Source of the DNA: Candidatus Latescibacterota bacterium
GTDB taxonomy: Bacteria; Latescibacterota; UBA2968; UBA8231
DNA length: 64,000 bases
Direction: 5' to 3'
NCBI GenBank assembly: GCA_965221775.1
Contig: CBDCSU010000005.1
Coordinates: 928,001 to 992,000 of the forward strand
Within the stretch, counting starts at the first letter, position 1; the number at the start of each line of letters is the position of its first letter. Below the pieces are notes generated by a model. That model made no database searches. It had not been told where the DNA came from and was given only the letters and a program-made list of their open reading frames with translations. Positions 36,538-46,024 of this stretch are shown one piece after another. Position numbers and translations under genes: made by a program.

Positions 36538-36987
36538 TCAGCCGCCGGTCCCCAGGCCTTCGGCGAAGACCACGAGGAGCGCCACCAGCAGCACCGCCCG
36601 CAAGGTCCAGCCGGCGGTGCGGACCCAGCTGGTGGCCACCAGCCGGTTCACCTTGCCCTCGTCGTAGCCCCCCGCCAGGGCCCGGTGGAGGGGCCGCTGC
36701 ACCCCGAGCGTGGAGAGCCAGAGCCCGCCGAGGACGACGGCGTTCAACAGCATCGGCGGCTCACCGACCACTTCCGGGGGATCCAGGGCCAGCCACACGC
36801 CGGTGATCAGCTCGAAGAGCATCACCGGCGTCACCACCAGGCTCGAGCGCCGCGCGTGCCCTCTCTCGTACTCCTGGAACCGCGTCATGCCCACCCGGTG
36901 CATGAGCGGGTAGTGGACGATCTGCACGAACCAGGCGATGGCGGTCATGTACACGGTCGCCGCCGCGTGCAGCATGAGCAGGATCAT
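36538..36987 (-). CDS. Four-TM membrane protein
   Basis: GGAGGAG RBS, ATGA overlap; WFVQIVHYP, VQRPLH, WVRT.W motifs. Confidence 0.75.
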   Translation of the reverse strand: MILLMLHAAATVYMTAIAWFVQIVHYPLMHRVGMTRFQEYERGHARRSSLVVTPVMLFELITGVWLALDPPEVVGEPPMLLNAVVLGGLWLSTLGVQRPLHRALAGGYDEGKVNRLVATSWVRTAGWTLRAVLLVALLVVFAEGLGTGG

Positions 36988-37889
36988 GCCGCTCCTCCGT
37001 AGACCCGGCGGGCCTCGCGATGGGCCACGGCGTGGAGGTCGGCCGTCTCCTCGGGGGAGGAGGCATAGCCGCCCGACATCACCAGAAGCAGGGCGGCCCC
37101 CGACGCCCGGGCGGCGCGCAGCACCGCGCGGTCCCTCCGGTGGAGGCCGCCGCGGCTCAGGGACAGGCGGCCGTAGCGGTCGCCGGCCACCGGGTCGACC
37201 CCGGCGAGGTAGACGATCAGGTCCGGCCGGCCGCCGCGGAGCACTTCCGGCAGGGCCGCCGTCAGGCGCTCGAGATAGTCGTCGTCGCCGGTGCCGTCGG
37301 GCAGGCCGACGTCGAGGGAGGAGGCCTCCTTCTGGAAGGGGTAGTTCCGCTGCCCGTGGAAGGAGAGGGTGAAGGTCCGCGGATCGCCGGCGAAGACCGC
37401 CGCCGTGCCGTTCCCCTGGTGCACGTCCAGGTCGATCACCAGGGCCCGGTCGAGCAGGCCCTCGCCGCGCAGCAGCCGGATCGCCACGGCCACGTCGTTG
37501 AGCACGCAGAACCCCTCGCCGTGGTCGGGGTAGGCGTGGTGGGTGCCCCCCGCCAGGTTGGCGGCGATCCCGTCCTCCAGGGCCATGCGCGCGGCCAGGA
37601 CAGTGCCGCCCACGGCCAGCCGCGAGCGCCGCTCCAGGGCCTGGCTCCACGGCAGTCCCAGGCGCCGCTCGGCGCCGCGCTCCAGGCCCGTCTGCAGCTC
37701 GTCCAGGTAGCGGTCGGTGTGCACCAGGCGCAGCACCTCGCGGCCGGCCGGGGAGGGCTCCACGCGGTCGCCGTTGCCGATCAGCCCCTCGCGCAGCAGG
37801 ATGTGGTGGAGGGCCGGGAACTTGGCCATGGGGAAGGGATGCCCCTCGGGCAGGGGCACGAAGTAGCCGTCGCTGTAGCTGACGCGCAT
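36984..37889 (-). CDS. Histone deacetylase-family protein
   Basis: HPFPMAKF, GGTHHA, GFCVLND, DLDVHQGNGT, AGVD, GGY. Confidence 0.93.
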   Translation of the reverse strand: MRVSYSDGYFVPLPEGHPFPMAKFPALHHILLREGLIGNGDRVEPSPAGREVLRLVHTDRYLDELQTGLERGAERRLGLPWSQALERRSRLAVGGTVLAARMALEDGIAANLAGGTHHAYPDHGEGFCVLNDVAVAIRLLRGEGLLDRALVIDLDVHQGNGTAAVFAGDPRTFTLSFHGQRNYPFQKEASSLDVGLPDGTGDDDYLERLTAALPEVLRGGRPDLIVYLAGVDPVAGDRYGRLSLSRGGLHRRDRAVLRAARASGAALLLVMSGGYASSPEETADLHAVAHREARRVYGGAA

Positions 37890-37897
37890 CGGTCCGC

Positions 37898-38800
37898 TCA
37901 GGCCTTCCCCAGCAGATCCCGCAGGGCGGTGTCGATGTCGGGATGGCGGAAGGCGTACCCGGCCGCCGTCAGCCTCGCCGGCTCGACGCGGGTGCTGGCC
38001 AGCAGCAGGGTCTCTCCCATCTCCGCCCAGACCAGCTTCACCACCGGCGCCGGCAGGGGCAGCCGCGCCGGGCGCCGCAGCAGGCGTCCCAGGGTCCGGG
38101 TGAACTCCAGATTGGTCACCGGCCCCGGGGCCACGGCATTCACCGGCCCCGCGAGATGCGGGCTCTTCAGGGTCTCCTCGATGACCCCCACCAGATCCTC
38201 CAGCGTGATCCAGCTGAGGTACTGCCGGCCGCTCCCCACCCGGCCTCCCAGGCCCAGCCGGAAGAGGGGCCCCACCCTCGCCAGCATGCCGCCCCGGGGG
38301 CTCAGGACCACGCCGATGCGCAGGTTGACGACGCGGATCCCCGCCGCCGCCGCCGCCGCACTGGCCCGCTCCCAGTCCACCGCGACGCGGGCGAGGAAGT
38401 CGTCGGCGGGGGCGCTGTCCTCCACGCAGATCTCGTCGCCGCGGTTTCCGTAGTAGCCGATGGCCGAGGCGCACACCAGGGTCGCCGGTTTGCGCTCGCA
38501 GGCGGCGAGAGCCTCGCTCAGCAGGCGCGTGCCCTCCACGCGGCTGACCCGGATGCGCTCCTTGCGCGCCGCCGTCCAGCGTCCGTGGCTGACGTTCTCA
38601 CCCGCCAGGTGCACGACTGCGTCGAGGCCCTCCAGCCCGGAGGCGTCGAGCCGGCCGGCGGCGGGGTCCCAGCGCACGGCCGCCGTTCCCGGCTCCGGCG
38701 CCGAGCGGCTCAGCCCGAGGACCTCGTCCCCCGCACCGGTCAGGGACTCGACCAGCGCCGAGCCGACCAGGCCCGTGGGGCCGGAGACCAGGACCCTCAT
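37898..38800 (-). CDS. TIGR01777-family NAD-dependent epimerase/oxidoreductase
   Basis: GPTGLVG, VHLAGE, SAIGYYG, GSGRQY.SWI, GPVN.VAP.PVTN. Confidence 0.92.
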   Translation of the reverse strand: MRVLVSGPTGLVGSALVESLTGAGDEVLGLSRSAPEPGTAAVRWDPAAGRLDASGLEGLDAVVHLAGENVSHGRWTAARKERIRVSRVEGTRLLSEALAACERKPATLVCASAIGYYGNRGDEICVEDSAPADDFLARVAVDWERASAAAAAAGIRVVNLRIGVVLSPRGGMLARVGPLFRLGLGGRVGSGRQYLSWITLEDLVGVIEETLKSPHLAGPVNAVAPGPVTNLEFTRTLGRLLRRPARLPLPAPVVKLVWAEMGETLLLASTRVEPARLTAAGYAFRHPDIDTALRDLLGKA

Positions 38801-39933
38801 CGGCCGTCGACCTCCGACAAGGCCGCCCGGAACTCGTGGGCGAAGGCCGAGCGCTGCTCCGGCGTGCCCACGGTGACGCGCACGCAGCGGTCGCCGGGCG
38901 GCTTGTAGGGCATGCGCACGAAGACTCCGCGCCCGAGGAGCGCCGCCTGAACGGCCCGGGCGCGCTCGCCGCAGCCGAGATCGAGGTTGACGAAGTTCGT
39001 CGCCGATTCCACGTGCCCCAGCCCCAGCTCCCCCGCCAGCGCGGCGAGCTCCCCGCGACCTTGCCGCACCTGACGCACCACGCCCCTCACGTGTTGCGGC
39101 TCGCCGAGAGACGCCAGGGCGCCCGCCTGGGCGACGCGGTTCACTCCGAACTGGTTGCGCACGCGGTCGAGGACGGCCACCACCTCTTCGTGGGCGATGG
39201 CGTAGCCGATGCGGGCGCCCGCCATGCCGTGGGCCTTGGAGAAGGTGCGGGTGCGCACCAGGCGCCGGTCGGAGACGTCCATGGCCGGCACGGCCGCCGG
39301 CGGCGCGAACTCGCTGTACGCCTCGTCGAGGATGAGCATGGCCTCCGCCGGCAGCGACGCCAGCAGCTCCAGGGCCGCCTCCGCCGTCCCCCAGGTGCCC
39401 ATGGGGTTGTCCGGATTGGCGGCGTACACCAGGTGCGCGCCCGACTTCCGGGCGGCGTCGCCGAGGCCCGCGAAGTCGACCCGGTCGTCCACGTACGGCA
39501 CCTCCACGAGGCGGGCGCCGTAGCCGTGGACGTGGTAGTTGAAGGTAGGGTACGAGCCGAGGGAGGTGACCACCGGATCCCCCGCCTCGGCGAAGAGGCG
39601 CACCAGCAGGCCGAGGATCTCGTCGATCCCGGCGCCCACGTGGACCCGCGCCGGCGGCACGCGGTGATGGGCGGCGAGGGCCTCGATGAGGTCGTGGATC
39701 TCCGGGTCGTTGTACATCCAGACCTCGTCGACGGCCTGCCGCATCGCCGCGCGCGCGGCGGGGGATACCCCGAAGGGGCTCTCGTTGGCCCCGACCCGCA
39801 CCCGGAGCGGGCGGCCGTGGCGCCGCTCGAGGGCCTCGGGGCCGACGAAGGGAACCAGCGGCGGCAGGGCGCGGACCACCCGGGTCAGCGGCAGACCGCT
39901 CACCGAGGGCGCCCTCGGAATGGTCCCGGCCAT
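38797..39933 (-). CDS. Class I/II PLP aminotransferase, HisC-like
   Basis: GANESPFG, ANPDNPMG, LDEAYSEF, RTFSKAHGMAGARIGY, RVTVG. Confidence 0.88.
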   Translation of the reverse strand: MAGTIPRAPSVSGLPLTRVVRALPPLVPFVGPEALERRHGRPLRVRVGANESPFGVSPAARAAMRQAVDEVWMYNDPEIHDLIEALAAHHRVPPARVHVGAGIDEILGLLVRLFAEAGDPVVTSLGSYPTFNYHVHGYGARLVEVPYVDDRVDFAGLGDAARKSGAHLVYAANPDNPMGTWGTAEAALELLASLPAEAMLILDEAYSEFAPPAAVPAMDVSDRRLVRTRTFSKAHGMAGARIGYAIAHEEVVAVLDRVRNQFGVNRVAQAGALASLGEPQHVRGVVRQVRQGRGELAALAGELGLGHVESATNFVNLDLGCGERARAVQAALLGRGVFVRMPYKPPGDRCVRVTVGTPEQRSAFAHEFRAALSEVDGR

Positions 39934-39989
39934 GTGGAGAGCTTGCGCTCCATCCTCTTTCGGGCTTTCTTCAGGCAAGGCGGATCGTA

Positions 39990-40025
39990 TATACTAAGAT
40001 ACTGTTTCTCAACAGGTTACGTCAA
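39990..40025. promoter_or_regulatory. Divergent promoter region with palindrome CTGTT-N4-AACAG
   Basis: Minus strand TTGACG-18 nt-TATCTT; plus strand TATACT at 39990-39995; inverted repeat at 40002-40015. Confidence 0.5.
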
Positions 40026-40073
40026 CCTCTCAGCCCTCCGGCGGCGCCGGGCGCGGGCACCGGCCGAGCTTCG

Positions 40074-42620
40074 ATGTCCGACAACTCCGAGAACCCGCAC
40101 CCCCCCCCGGCGGCGGACCTGACCGCCGCCCTCGCCCTCCTGCGGGCCCTCCACGGAGAGGACGTGCCGGACGGCCCCCTCGGTCCGGCGACGGTCCCCG
40201 AGAGCGTCCTCGCCCTGCCCGTCAAGGCGGCGATGGAGCTCTTCGAGTACCACGGCAAGGTCTGCACCAACCTCCACTGTCACCACCTGCCGCCGCCCCT
40301 GCGGCCCTACCGGCACATGCGCCGGCAGGCGATCCGGGGCGCCGCCGGCCTGGTGCACGAGGTCCTCTGGGACTGGCCCGACCACGATCTGGTGGTCACC
40401 GTCCGCGCGGCGATCCTCGACGAGTACGACGAGCTGGCCAGCCTGGTCTCCAAGGGCGATCTGCTTCAGGGCGGCCGGCTCGGGGAGCTCCTGGAGGACC
40501 CTGAAGGCGTCTTCAATCTGACCGCCGTCCTCTGGGCATCGCGATTCCAGCCCCCCCCGGCCGAGGAGCTGTTCCGCTGCCTCGTGCCTGTCGCCGTGGG
40601 CGCCTCCGCCTCCGGCGCCGGCGCCCCCCGGGGGCCCGGTGCGGACCGGGAGTCGATGAAGGAACTGAAGGCCGAGCGCCGCAAGCTGCGCAGAGAGCTG
40701 AAGGGATCCGCCGACGAGGCCGGGAGGCTCCAGGCGGCCTTGCGGCGCAGCGAGCTGGCCCTCGAGAAGGTCCGGCGCGATCACGGAGAGACCCGCGAGC
40801 GGGCGGAGGCCGCGGCGGCGGAGGTCGGGCGCCTGGAGGACCGCCTGCGCCGCGACCATTCCGCCATCGAGGACCACCAGCTCAAGGCGGACCAGGCCGA
40901 GCGGGTGAACACCGACCTGCTCTGCGACCGGCGGCGCCTGCAGAAGGAGATCCGCCGCAAGGAGCAGGAGCGCAGCCGGCTCGCCTCCCGGCTGGCCAAC
41001 GAGAACACGCGCCTGCAGCGCCTGGAGCAGCAGGCCGCCAGCCGTCCGAGGGGGGCCGATGCGGTGTGGAGGTTCCTGCGCCGGGAGAAGGAGCGCATCC
41101 AGGCGGATCTCGCCGGGGCCGGCGCCGGAGGGGCGCGCGCGGATGAGGAGTGGACCGCCCACCTCCGCCTGGAGGAGGCTTTCCTCGCCGCTCATCCCCG
41201 CTACCGGCCGGTGCGCGCGGTCTCCGTGCGGCGGCCGAAGCCGCCCCTGCGGCTCGACGCCCTCGGGGGCTCCTCGGAGATCGGCCGCAGCTGCTACCTC
41301 CTCGAGCTTGGTGGCCGCCGCATCCTGGTCGACTGCGGGATCAAGCCGGGCGCCGCCCGGGACCTGCACCCCGGCTTCGGCGGTCTCGACCGCATCGACG
41401 CCCTCCTGCTCACCCACGCGCACACCGACCACATCGGCTGGGTCCCGGCCCTGGTGCGCAGGTTCGGCGACGACCTCGACATCTACTGCTCGAGCGCCAC
41501 CGCGGCGCTCCTTCCGGTGCAGCTGCAGGACTGCCGGCAGCACTACCTCCACAAGATGCGCCTGCAGCGGGACAACGCGCAGTACGGCTCCGACGAGGAA
41601 GGGCCCCGGGACGCCTACGGCCAGGAAGAGGTGGACCGAATCCCCTTCCAGGTGCACGCCTGCGGGTTCGAGGAGGAGGTGCGTCTGCCCTTCGACGACA
41701 TCTCGGTCCGCTTCTTCGCCGCGGGCCACATCCTCGGCGCCGCGAGCATCCTCGTCGAGGACGGGCGCGGCCGCCGGGTGTTCTTCTCCGGCGACTTCTC
41801 CTCCTTCCCCCAGCTCACCACGCCCGCCGCCTCCTGGCCCGAGGACCTCGGCGAGGTCGACCTGCTCGTCCTCGAGTCCACCTACGGCAACCGGCGGCAC
41901 CAGCCCATGGACCGGGTGCGCGCCGACCTCGTGGCCTTCATCCGCGAGACGACCCAGACGCGGGAGGGCTCGGTGATCCTGGCCTCCTTCGCCCTCGGCC
42001 GCGCCCAGGAGCTGCTCCAGCTCGTCGCCGCCGCCCAGGTCCAGGGCGACCTCTCCCCTTCGCTGCCCGTCCACTTCGACGGCATGATCCGCGAGATCAA
42101 CCCGATCTATGCCGACCACGCCGACCTCCGCCTCCCCGGGAGCTTCCACGAGGTCTCCGGGCCCCATGGCCGGCAGGAGGCCGCCGAGGGTGCGCGGACC
42201 GTCCCCTCCGTCATCGTCACCACCTCCGGCATGCTCACCGGCGGGCCGGTCGTCGAGTACGCCCGGCGGCTGCTCCCCGAGCCACGGCACCGCATCGTCC
42301 TGACGGGCTACCAGGACGAGGGCGCCCCGAGCCGGGCCCTGCGCGAGCTGGCCTCCCCCGGACTCGCCCGCCGGGTGCGGCTCTCCAACGGCGCCGGGGA
42401 GAGCTTCGAGATCCGGGCGGCCCTGCCGGCGAAGGAGGCGAGCCTCTCCGGGCACGCAGACCAGCCCGGACTCGTGAGCTACGCCGGGCGCCTGCGGCCG
42501 CGGCACATCGCCCTCGTCCACGGGGAGCCCGCCGCCCAGGAGGAGCTCGGTGCCCGCCTCGCCGAGCGGCATCCGGGGGCGGAGATCGTCGGCGGCCCCG
42601 ACGAGCTGGAGGTGGCATGA
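40074..42620 (+). CDS. Beta-CASP metallo-beta-lactamase nuclease (CPSF73-like) with long N-terminal coiled-coil extension
   Basis: LGGSSEIGRSC, VDCG, THAHTDH, AGHILG, SGD, ESTYG, FALGRAQE, SGML.GG, GYQ, SGHAD, VHGE; about 390 aa N-terminal region including a long E/R/L/K-rich stretch. Confidence 0.88.
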   Translation: MSDNSENPHPPPAADLTAALALLRALHGEDVPDGPLGPATVPESVLALPVKAAMELFEYHGKVCTNLHCHHLPPPLRPYRHMRRQAIRGAAGLVHEVLWDWPDHDLVVTVRAAILDEYDELASLVSKGDLLQGGRLGELLEDPEGVFNLTAVLWASRFQPPPAEELFRCLVPVAVGASASGAGAPRGPGADRESMKELKAERRKLRRELKGSADEAGRLQAALRRSELALEKVRRDHGETRERAEAAAAEVGRLEDRLRRDHSAIEDHQLKADQAERVNTDLLCDRRRLQKEIRRKEQERSRLASRLANENTRLQRLEQQAASRPRGADAVWRFLRREKERIQADLAGAGAGGARADEEWTAHLRLEEAFLAAHPRYRPVRAVSVRRPKPPLRLDALGGSSEIGRSCYLLELGGRRILVDCGIKPGAARDLHPGFGGLDRIDALLLTHAHTDHIGWVPALVRRFGDDLDIYCSSATAALLPVQLQDCRQHYLHKMRLQRDNAQYGSDEEGPRDAYGQEEVDRIPFQVHACGFEEEVRLPFDDISVRFFAAGHILGAASILVEDGRGRRVFFSGDFSSFPQLTTPAASWPEDLGEVDLLVLESTYGNRRHQPMDRVRADLVAFIRETTQTREGSVILASFALGRAQELLQLVAAAQVQGDLSPSLPVHFDGMIREINPIYADHADLRLPGSFHEVSGPHGRQEAAEGARTVPSVIVTTSGMLTGGPVVEYARRLLPEPRHRIVLTGYQDEGAPSRALRELASPGLARRVRLSNGAGESFEIRAALPAKEASLSGHADQPGLVSYAGRLRPRHIALVHGEPAAQEELGARLAERHPGAEIVGGPDELEVA

Positions 42621-42768
42621 GCAGCCCCCGACCGTCCTGCTCCGCGCCAAGGGAGAAGCGCGCGCTTCGTCGGGGCGATGTTCTTTGCCGCTCTGCTGGA
42701 GCTGTTTACGTTTTCCAACATCCTGCGTTGCGGGCAGGAGAAACCCGATCCCGACAATGGAGAGAGAG

Positions 42769-43509
42769 ATGAATGCCCTCGATGGCGACGGACCGGTCAC
42801 CCGCGCCCGCCGCGGCGGGCGCGGTCCGCTGATCTGGCTGGCCGGCGACCCGAAGGACCTGGCCGAGTGGATGCCCCTCGGCATCGCCGGCATCGTCACC
42901 AACACGGTCGTGCTCAACCAGATGGTGAAGATCTACGGCCCCGTGACCAGCGTCATCCGCGCCTACCTCGACATCACCGACAAGCCGGTGGTCGTCGAGA
43001 TCGACGGCCACAGCGTCGAGGAGCTGCTCGACGTGGGCCGGGTCTTCACGGAGATGTCGGACCAGGTGATCCTCAAGATCCCGTGCACCGTGAATGGCCT
43101 CAAAGCCTTCGCCGCCTTCCGCGACGAAGGGGTGGAGACCTACTGCACCACCTGCTTCTCCCTGACCCAGGCCGCGGCGGTGGCGGCGGCGGGGGTCGAT
43201 CACATCCTGCCGTTCTGCGACCCGGTGAAGGCCGTAGGCGGCGATCCCACGAAGCTGATCCGCGAGTGCGTGCAGATGTTCAGCGGCTGGGAGCAGCGCC
43301 CCTTCATCCAGGCGGCGCTCATCCGCTCCGTCGATACCGCGTACGCCGCCTTCCGCGACGGCTGCGACGAGCTGGTCACCATGTGGACGGTCTACCGCGA
43401 CATGATGGAGCACCCGCTCACCGACCAGTGGAACCAGACCTTCATGGACGAGTGGATCGACATGCACCGCAGCGGCATGCTGGAGGGCCTGCCGGTGCGG
43501 CTCGATTGA
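42769..43509 (+). CDS. Transaldolase/fructose-6-phosphate aldolase-family protein (divergent)
   Basis: GIVTNT, VILKIP Schiff-base Lys, FSLTQA, HPLTD...F..W C-terminal helix. Confidence 0.8.
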   Translation: MNALDGDGPVTRARRGGRGPLIWLAGDPKDLAEWMPLGIAGIVTNTVVLNQMVKIYGPVTSVIRAYLDITDKPVVVEIDGHSVEELLDVGRVFTEMSDQVILKIPCTVNGLKAFAAFRDEGVETYCTTCFSLTQAAAVAAAGVDHILPFCDPVKAVGGDPTKLIRECVQMFSGWEQRPFIQAALIRSVDTAYAAFRDGCDELVTMWTVYRDMMEHPLTDQWNQTFMDEWIDMHRSGMLEGLPVRLD

Positions 43510-43511
43510 CC

Positions 43512-44276
43512 TCAGTTCCCGGGGATCTCCTCCAGCAGCCGGGTCCAGGCCCGGGCCAGGTCCATCACGTCGCCGCCGCAGACCACCAGGTCGCAGCCGG
43601 CCTCCATCGCCGCATCGAGCAGGGGCCCCGGCAGGGTGAAGATGCCGCAGTGCCGCCCCGCGGCCTTCGCCTTGTCGATGCAGGACAGCACCATCCCCTG
43701 CAGGTGGGGATCGGTCATCTGGCCGGTGACGCCGAGGTTCACGGACAGGTCCCCCGGCCCCAGGAAGATCCCCGACAGGCCCTCCACCTGAAGGATCTCG
43801 TCGACGTTCTCCACGGCCCGGACCGTTTCCACCTGGGTGAAGAGGTGGGTGCCCTCGTTGGCCCGCGCCATCGCCTCCAACGGGTCGGCGAGGCCGAAGC
43901 CCATGCCCGGGGTGCGCGTGTTGAAGCCGCGGGCCCCCACGGGGGCGTACATGCCGTACTCCACGACCCGGCGGGCGTGCTCGGCGTCGTCGACCATGGG
44001 TACCACCACGATGCGCGCTCCCGATTCGAGGGCGCGGAGCACGTGGTGGCGCTCGCCGTCGGGCAGGCGAACCAGGGGCAGGGCGCCCCCGGCCTCGGCG
44101 GCGGTGCACAAAGCCTCGACCCGCTCGAAGCCCGAGGGGCCGTGCTCCATCTCGATCCAGACCGCCTCCCAGCCGATCTGCGCCGCCAGGCGCACGAGCA
44201 CCGGGGAGCCGCTGTTCACGGTGACGCCGCGCACCCTCCGCGGCTGCCCGCTGGCGTCGAGAAAGACATCCTTCAT
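43512..44276 (-). CDS. HpcH/HpaI aldolase-family protein
   Basis: WIEMEHG, VVPMV, P.GARG, QVET, FLGPGDLS. Confidence 0.9.
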   Translation of the reverse strand: MKDVFLDASGQPRRVRGVTVNSGSPVLVRLAAQIGWEAVWIEMEHGPSGFERVEALCTAAEAGGALPLVRLPDGERHHVLRALESGARIVVVPMVDDAEHARRVVEYGMYAPVGARGFNTRTPGMGFGLADPLEAMARANEGTHLFTQVETVRAVENVDEILQVEGLSGIFLGPGDLSVNLGVTGQMTDPHLQGMVLSCIDKAKAAGRHCGIFTLPGPLLDAAMEAGCDLVVCGGDVMDLARAWTRLLEEIPGN

Positions 44277-44476
44277 GGCGGCGGTCTCCTTGTTCTGGTG
44301 AGCGGCCGGGGCCGCGAGGCGGCGCCCGGCGCTGGCGGTGGAGGCGGAGAAAGTAAGCGGCGCCGGGCCCCGCGGGGCGAGTGCGCGAGGCAGATCGCGC
44401 GGCCTTTCCCCGGCTCGCGGCGGACCCTTGATTAGCCGGAAACCGCGACATCTGCTCCCGAAGAGACCCCGCCGCC

Positions 44477-45247
44477 ATGCGCAAGATCGACTGCCACATG
44501 CACGTCAACGGCGCCGGCATCTCTTGGGGCTGGGACCACAACGACCGCATCATCGAGGCCGCCGACGCCCTCGGCATCGACGAGCTCTACGCCAGCATCC
44601 CGGTCACCCGGGGCATGCCGGACTTCCCCCGGGTGCGGGAGTGCAACGACGCCGTCCTCGAGGCCATGGGGCGCTACAAGGGCCGCCTCTTCGGCTACTG
44701 CTTCGTCGTCCCGGGGCACCGGGAGTCCCTCGACGAGATCGACCGCTGCCTCGAGGCGGGCATGTCCGGGGTCAAGCTCTACAACCAGTACCGGATCTGC
44801 GATCCCGTGGTCTTCCCCGTCCTCGAGAAGGCGATCGAGGAGGGCGTGCCTGTCCTGGAGCACGCGGGACGGCCGACGACGCGCGACTTCCTCGACCAGC
44901 AGCCGAACATCTCCGACGCGGGGCACTTCGTCGAGGCGGCGCACCGCTACCCGGAGTGCATGCTCATCGAGGCCCACATCGGCGGCGGCGGCGACTGGGA
45001 GTGGGCCCTCAAGCAGCTGCGCGGCGCCCCTTCGGTGTACCTCGACACCTCGGGGTCGATCATCGACGACGGCATGGTCGAGGCCTGCGTCCGCGAGCTG
45101 GGGGCCGGGCGCATCCTCTTCGGCACCGACATGACCATGGAAGGGGGCGTGGGCAAGGTCCTCGGCGCCGACCTGACCGAGGCGCAGAAGGAGAGGATCT
45201 TCTGGCGGAACTTCCAGGGGATCCTCGACCGGCGCCGGAGGGGCTGA
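44477..45247 (+). CDS. Amidohydrolase_2-family protein
   Basis: IDCHMH, GVKL, VLEH, AHIGGG, YLDTSGS, ILFGTD. Confidence 0.88.
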   Translation: MRKIDCHMHVNGAGISWGWDHNDRIIEAADALGIDELYASIPVTRGMPDFPRVRECNDAVLEAMGRYKGRLFGYCFVVPGHRESLDEIDRCLEAGMSGVKLYNQYRICDPVVFPVLEKAIEEGVPVLEHAGRPTTRDFLDQQPNISDAGHFVEAAHRYPECMLIEAHIGGGGDWEWALKQLRGAPSVYLDTSGSIIDDGMVEACVRELGAGRILFGTDMTMEGGVGKVLGADLTEAQKERIFWRNFQGILDRRRRG

Positions 45248-45250
45248 GGC

Positions 45251-46024
45251 GTGCTCATCGACATCAACACCTGGATCGGCCACTGGCCCTTCCGCCGCCT
45301 CGCCAGGGCCACCGCCAGCGGCCTGCTGCGGCGGATGGACCGCAAGGGCATCGACATGGCGGTGGTGGCCGACGTGAGCGCCGCCCTCTACCGCAACAGC
45401 CACGTCGCCAACGAGGAGCTGGCCGCCCAGGTGCGCCGCCACCGCGACCGCCTGCTGCCGGTGGCCACCCTCGACCCCGGCTTCCCGGGCTGGCGCGAGG
45501 ACCTGCGGCGCTGCGCCGAGGAGCTGGGCATGGTGGGCCTGCGGCTCTATCCCCAGTACCACGAGTACCGCCTCACCGACCCCGAGGCCCTGGAGCTGAT
45601 CGACGCGGCCAGCGAGCGCGGCTTCGTCGTGCAGGTGCCGCAGCGCGTCGAGGACCGGCGCACCCGCCACCCCTGGGACCGCGCCCGCGACCTCTCCGGC
45701 GACGAGTTCCTCCAGGCCCTTCAGGCGCGGCCACAGGTGAAGTGGATGTTCCTCAACGCCCTGGGCCTGCCGGTGAGGGCCTTCCCCGAGGCCCGCTACG
45801 TGGCCGACATCTCGCGAATGGCGGCGGTGCTGCAGCGCTCGATGCAGGCCTTCCTCGACAAGGGCGGCAACGACAAGCTCGCCTTCGGCACGGGCATGGT
45901 CTTCAAGGTCCCCGACCCGGCCCTGCTGAAGCTGGAGTTACTCGACCGGGGGAAGAGGGTGCGCGACCGCGTCGCCTTCCGCAACGCGGCGAACCTGCTT
46001 GGACTGAAAGGAGCTGGAAGATGA
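45251..46024 (+). CDS. Amidohydrolase-fold protein with degenerate metal site
   Basis: IDINTWIGHWPFR, LRLYPQYH.Y, LAFGT, NAANLL; lacks the HxH motif and terminal Asp. Confidence 0.8.
   Translation: MLIDINTWIGHWPFRRLARATASGLLRRMDRKGIDMAVVADVSAALYRNSHVANEELAAQVRRHRDRLLPVATLDPGFPGWREDLRRCAEELGMVGLRLYPQYHEYRLTDPEALELIDAASERGFVVQVPQRVEDRRTRHPWDRARDLSGDEFLQALQARPQVKWMFLNALGLPVRAFPEARYVADISRMAAVLQRSMQAFLDKGGNDKLAFGTGMVFKVPDPALLKLELLDRGKRVRDRVAFRNAANLLGLKGAGR

Noticed and set aside
40002-40015. CTGT...ACAG as an E. coli-type SOS box, given lexA in the window
   Set aside because: Spacer is 6 nt rather than 8 and the LexA motif of this lineage is unknown; kept only as a generic palindrome.
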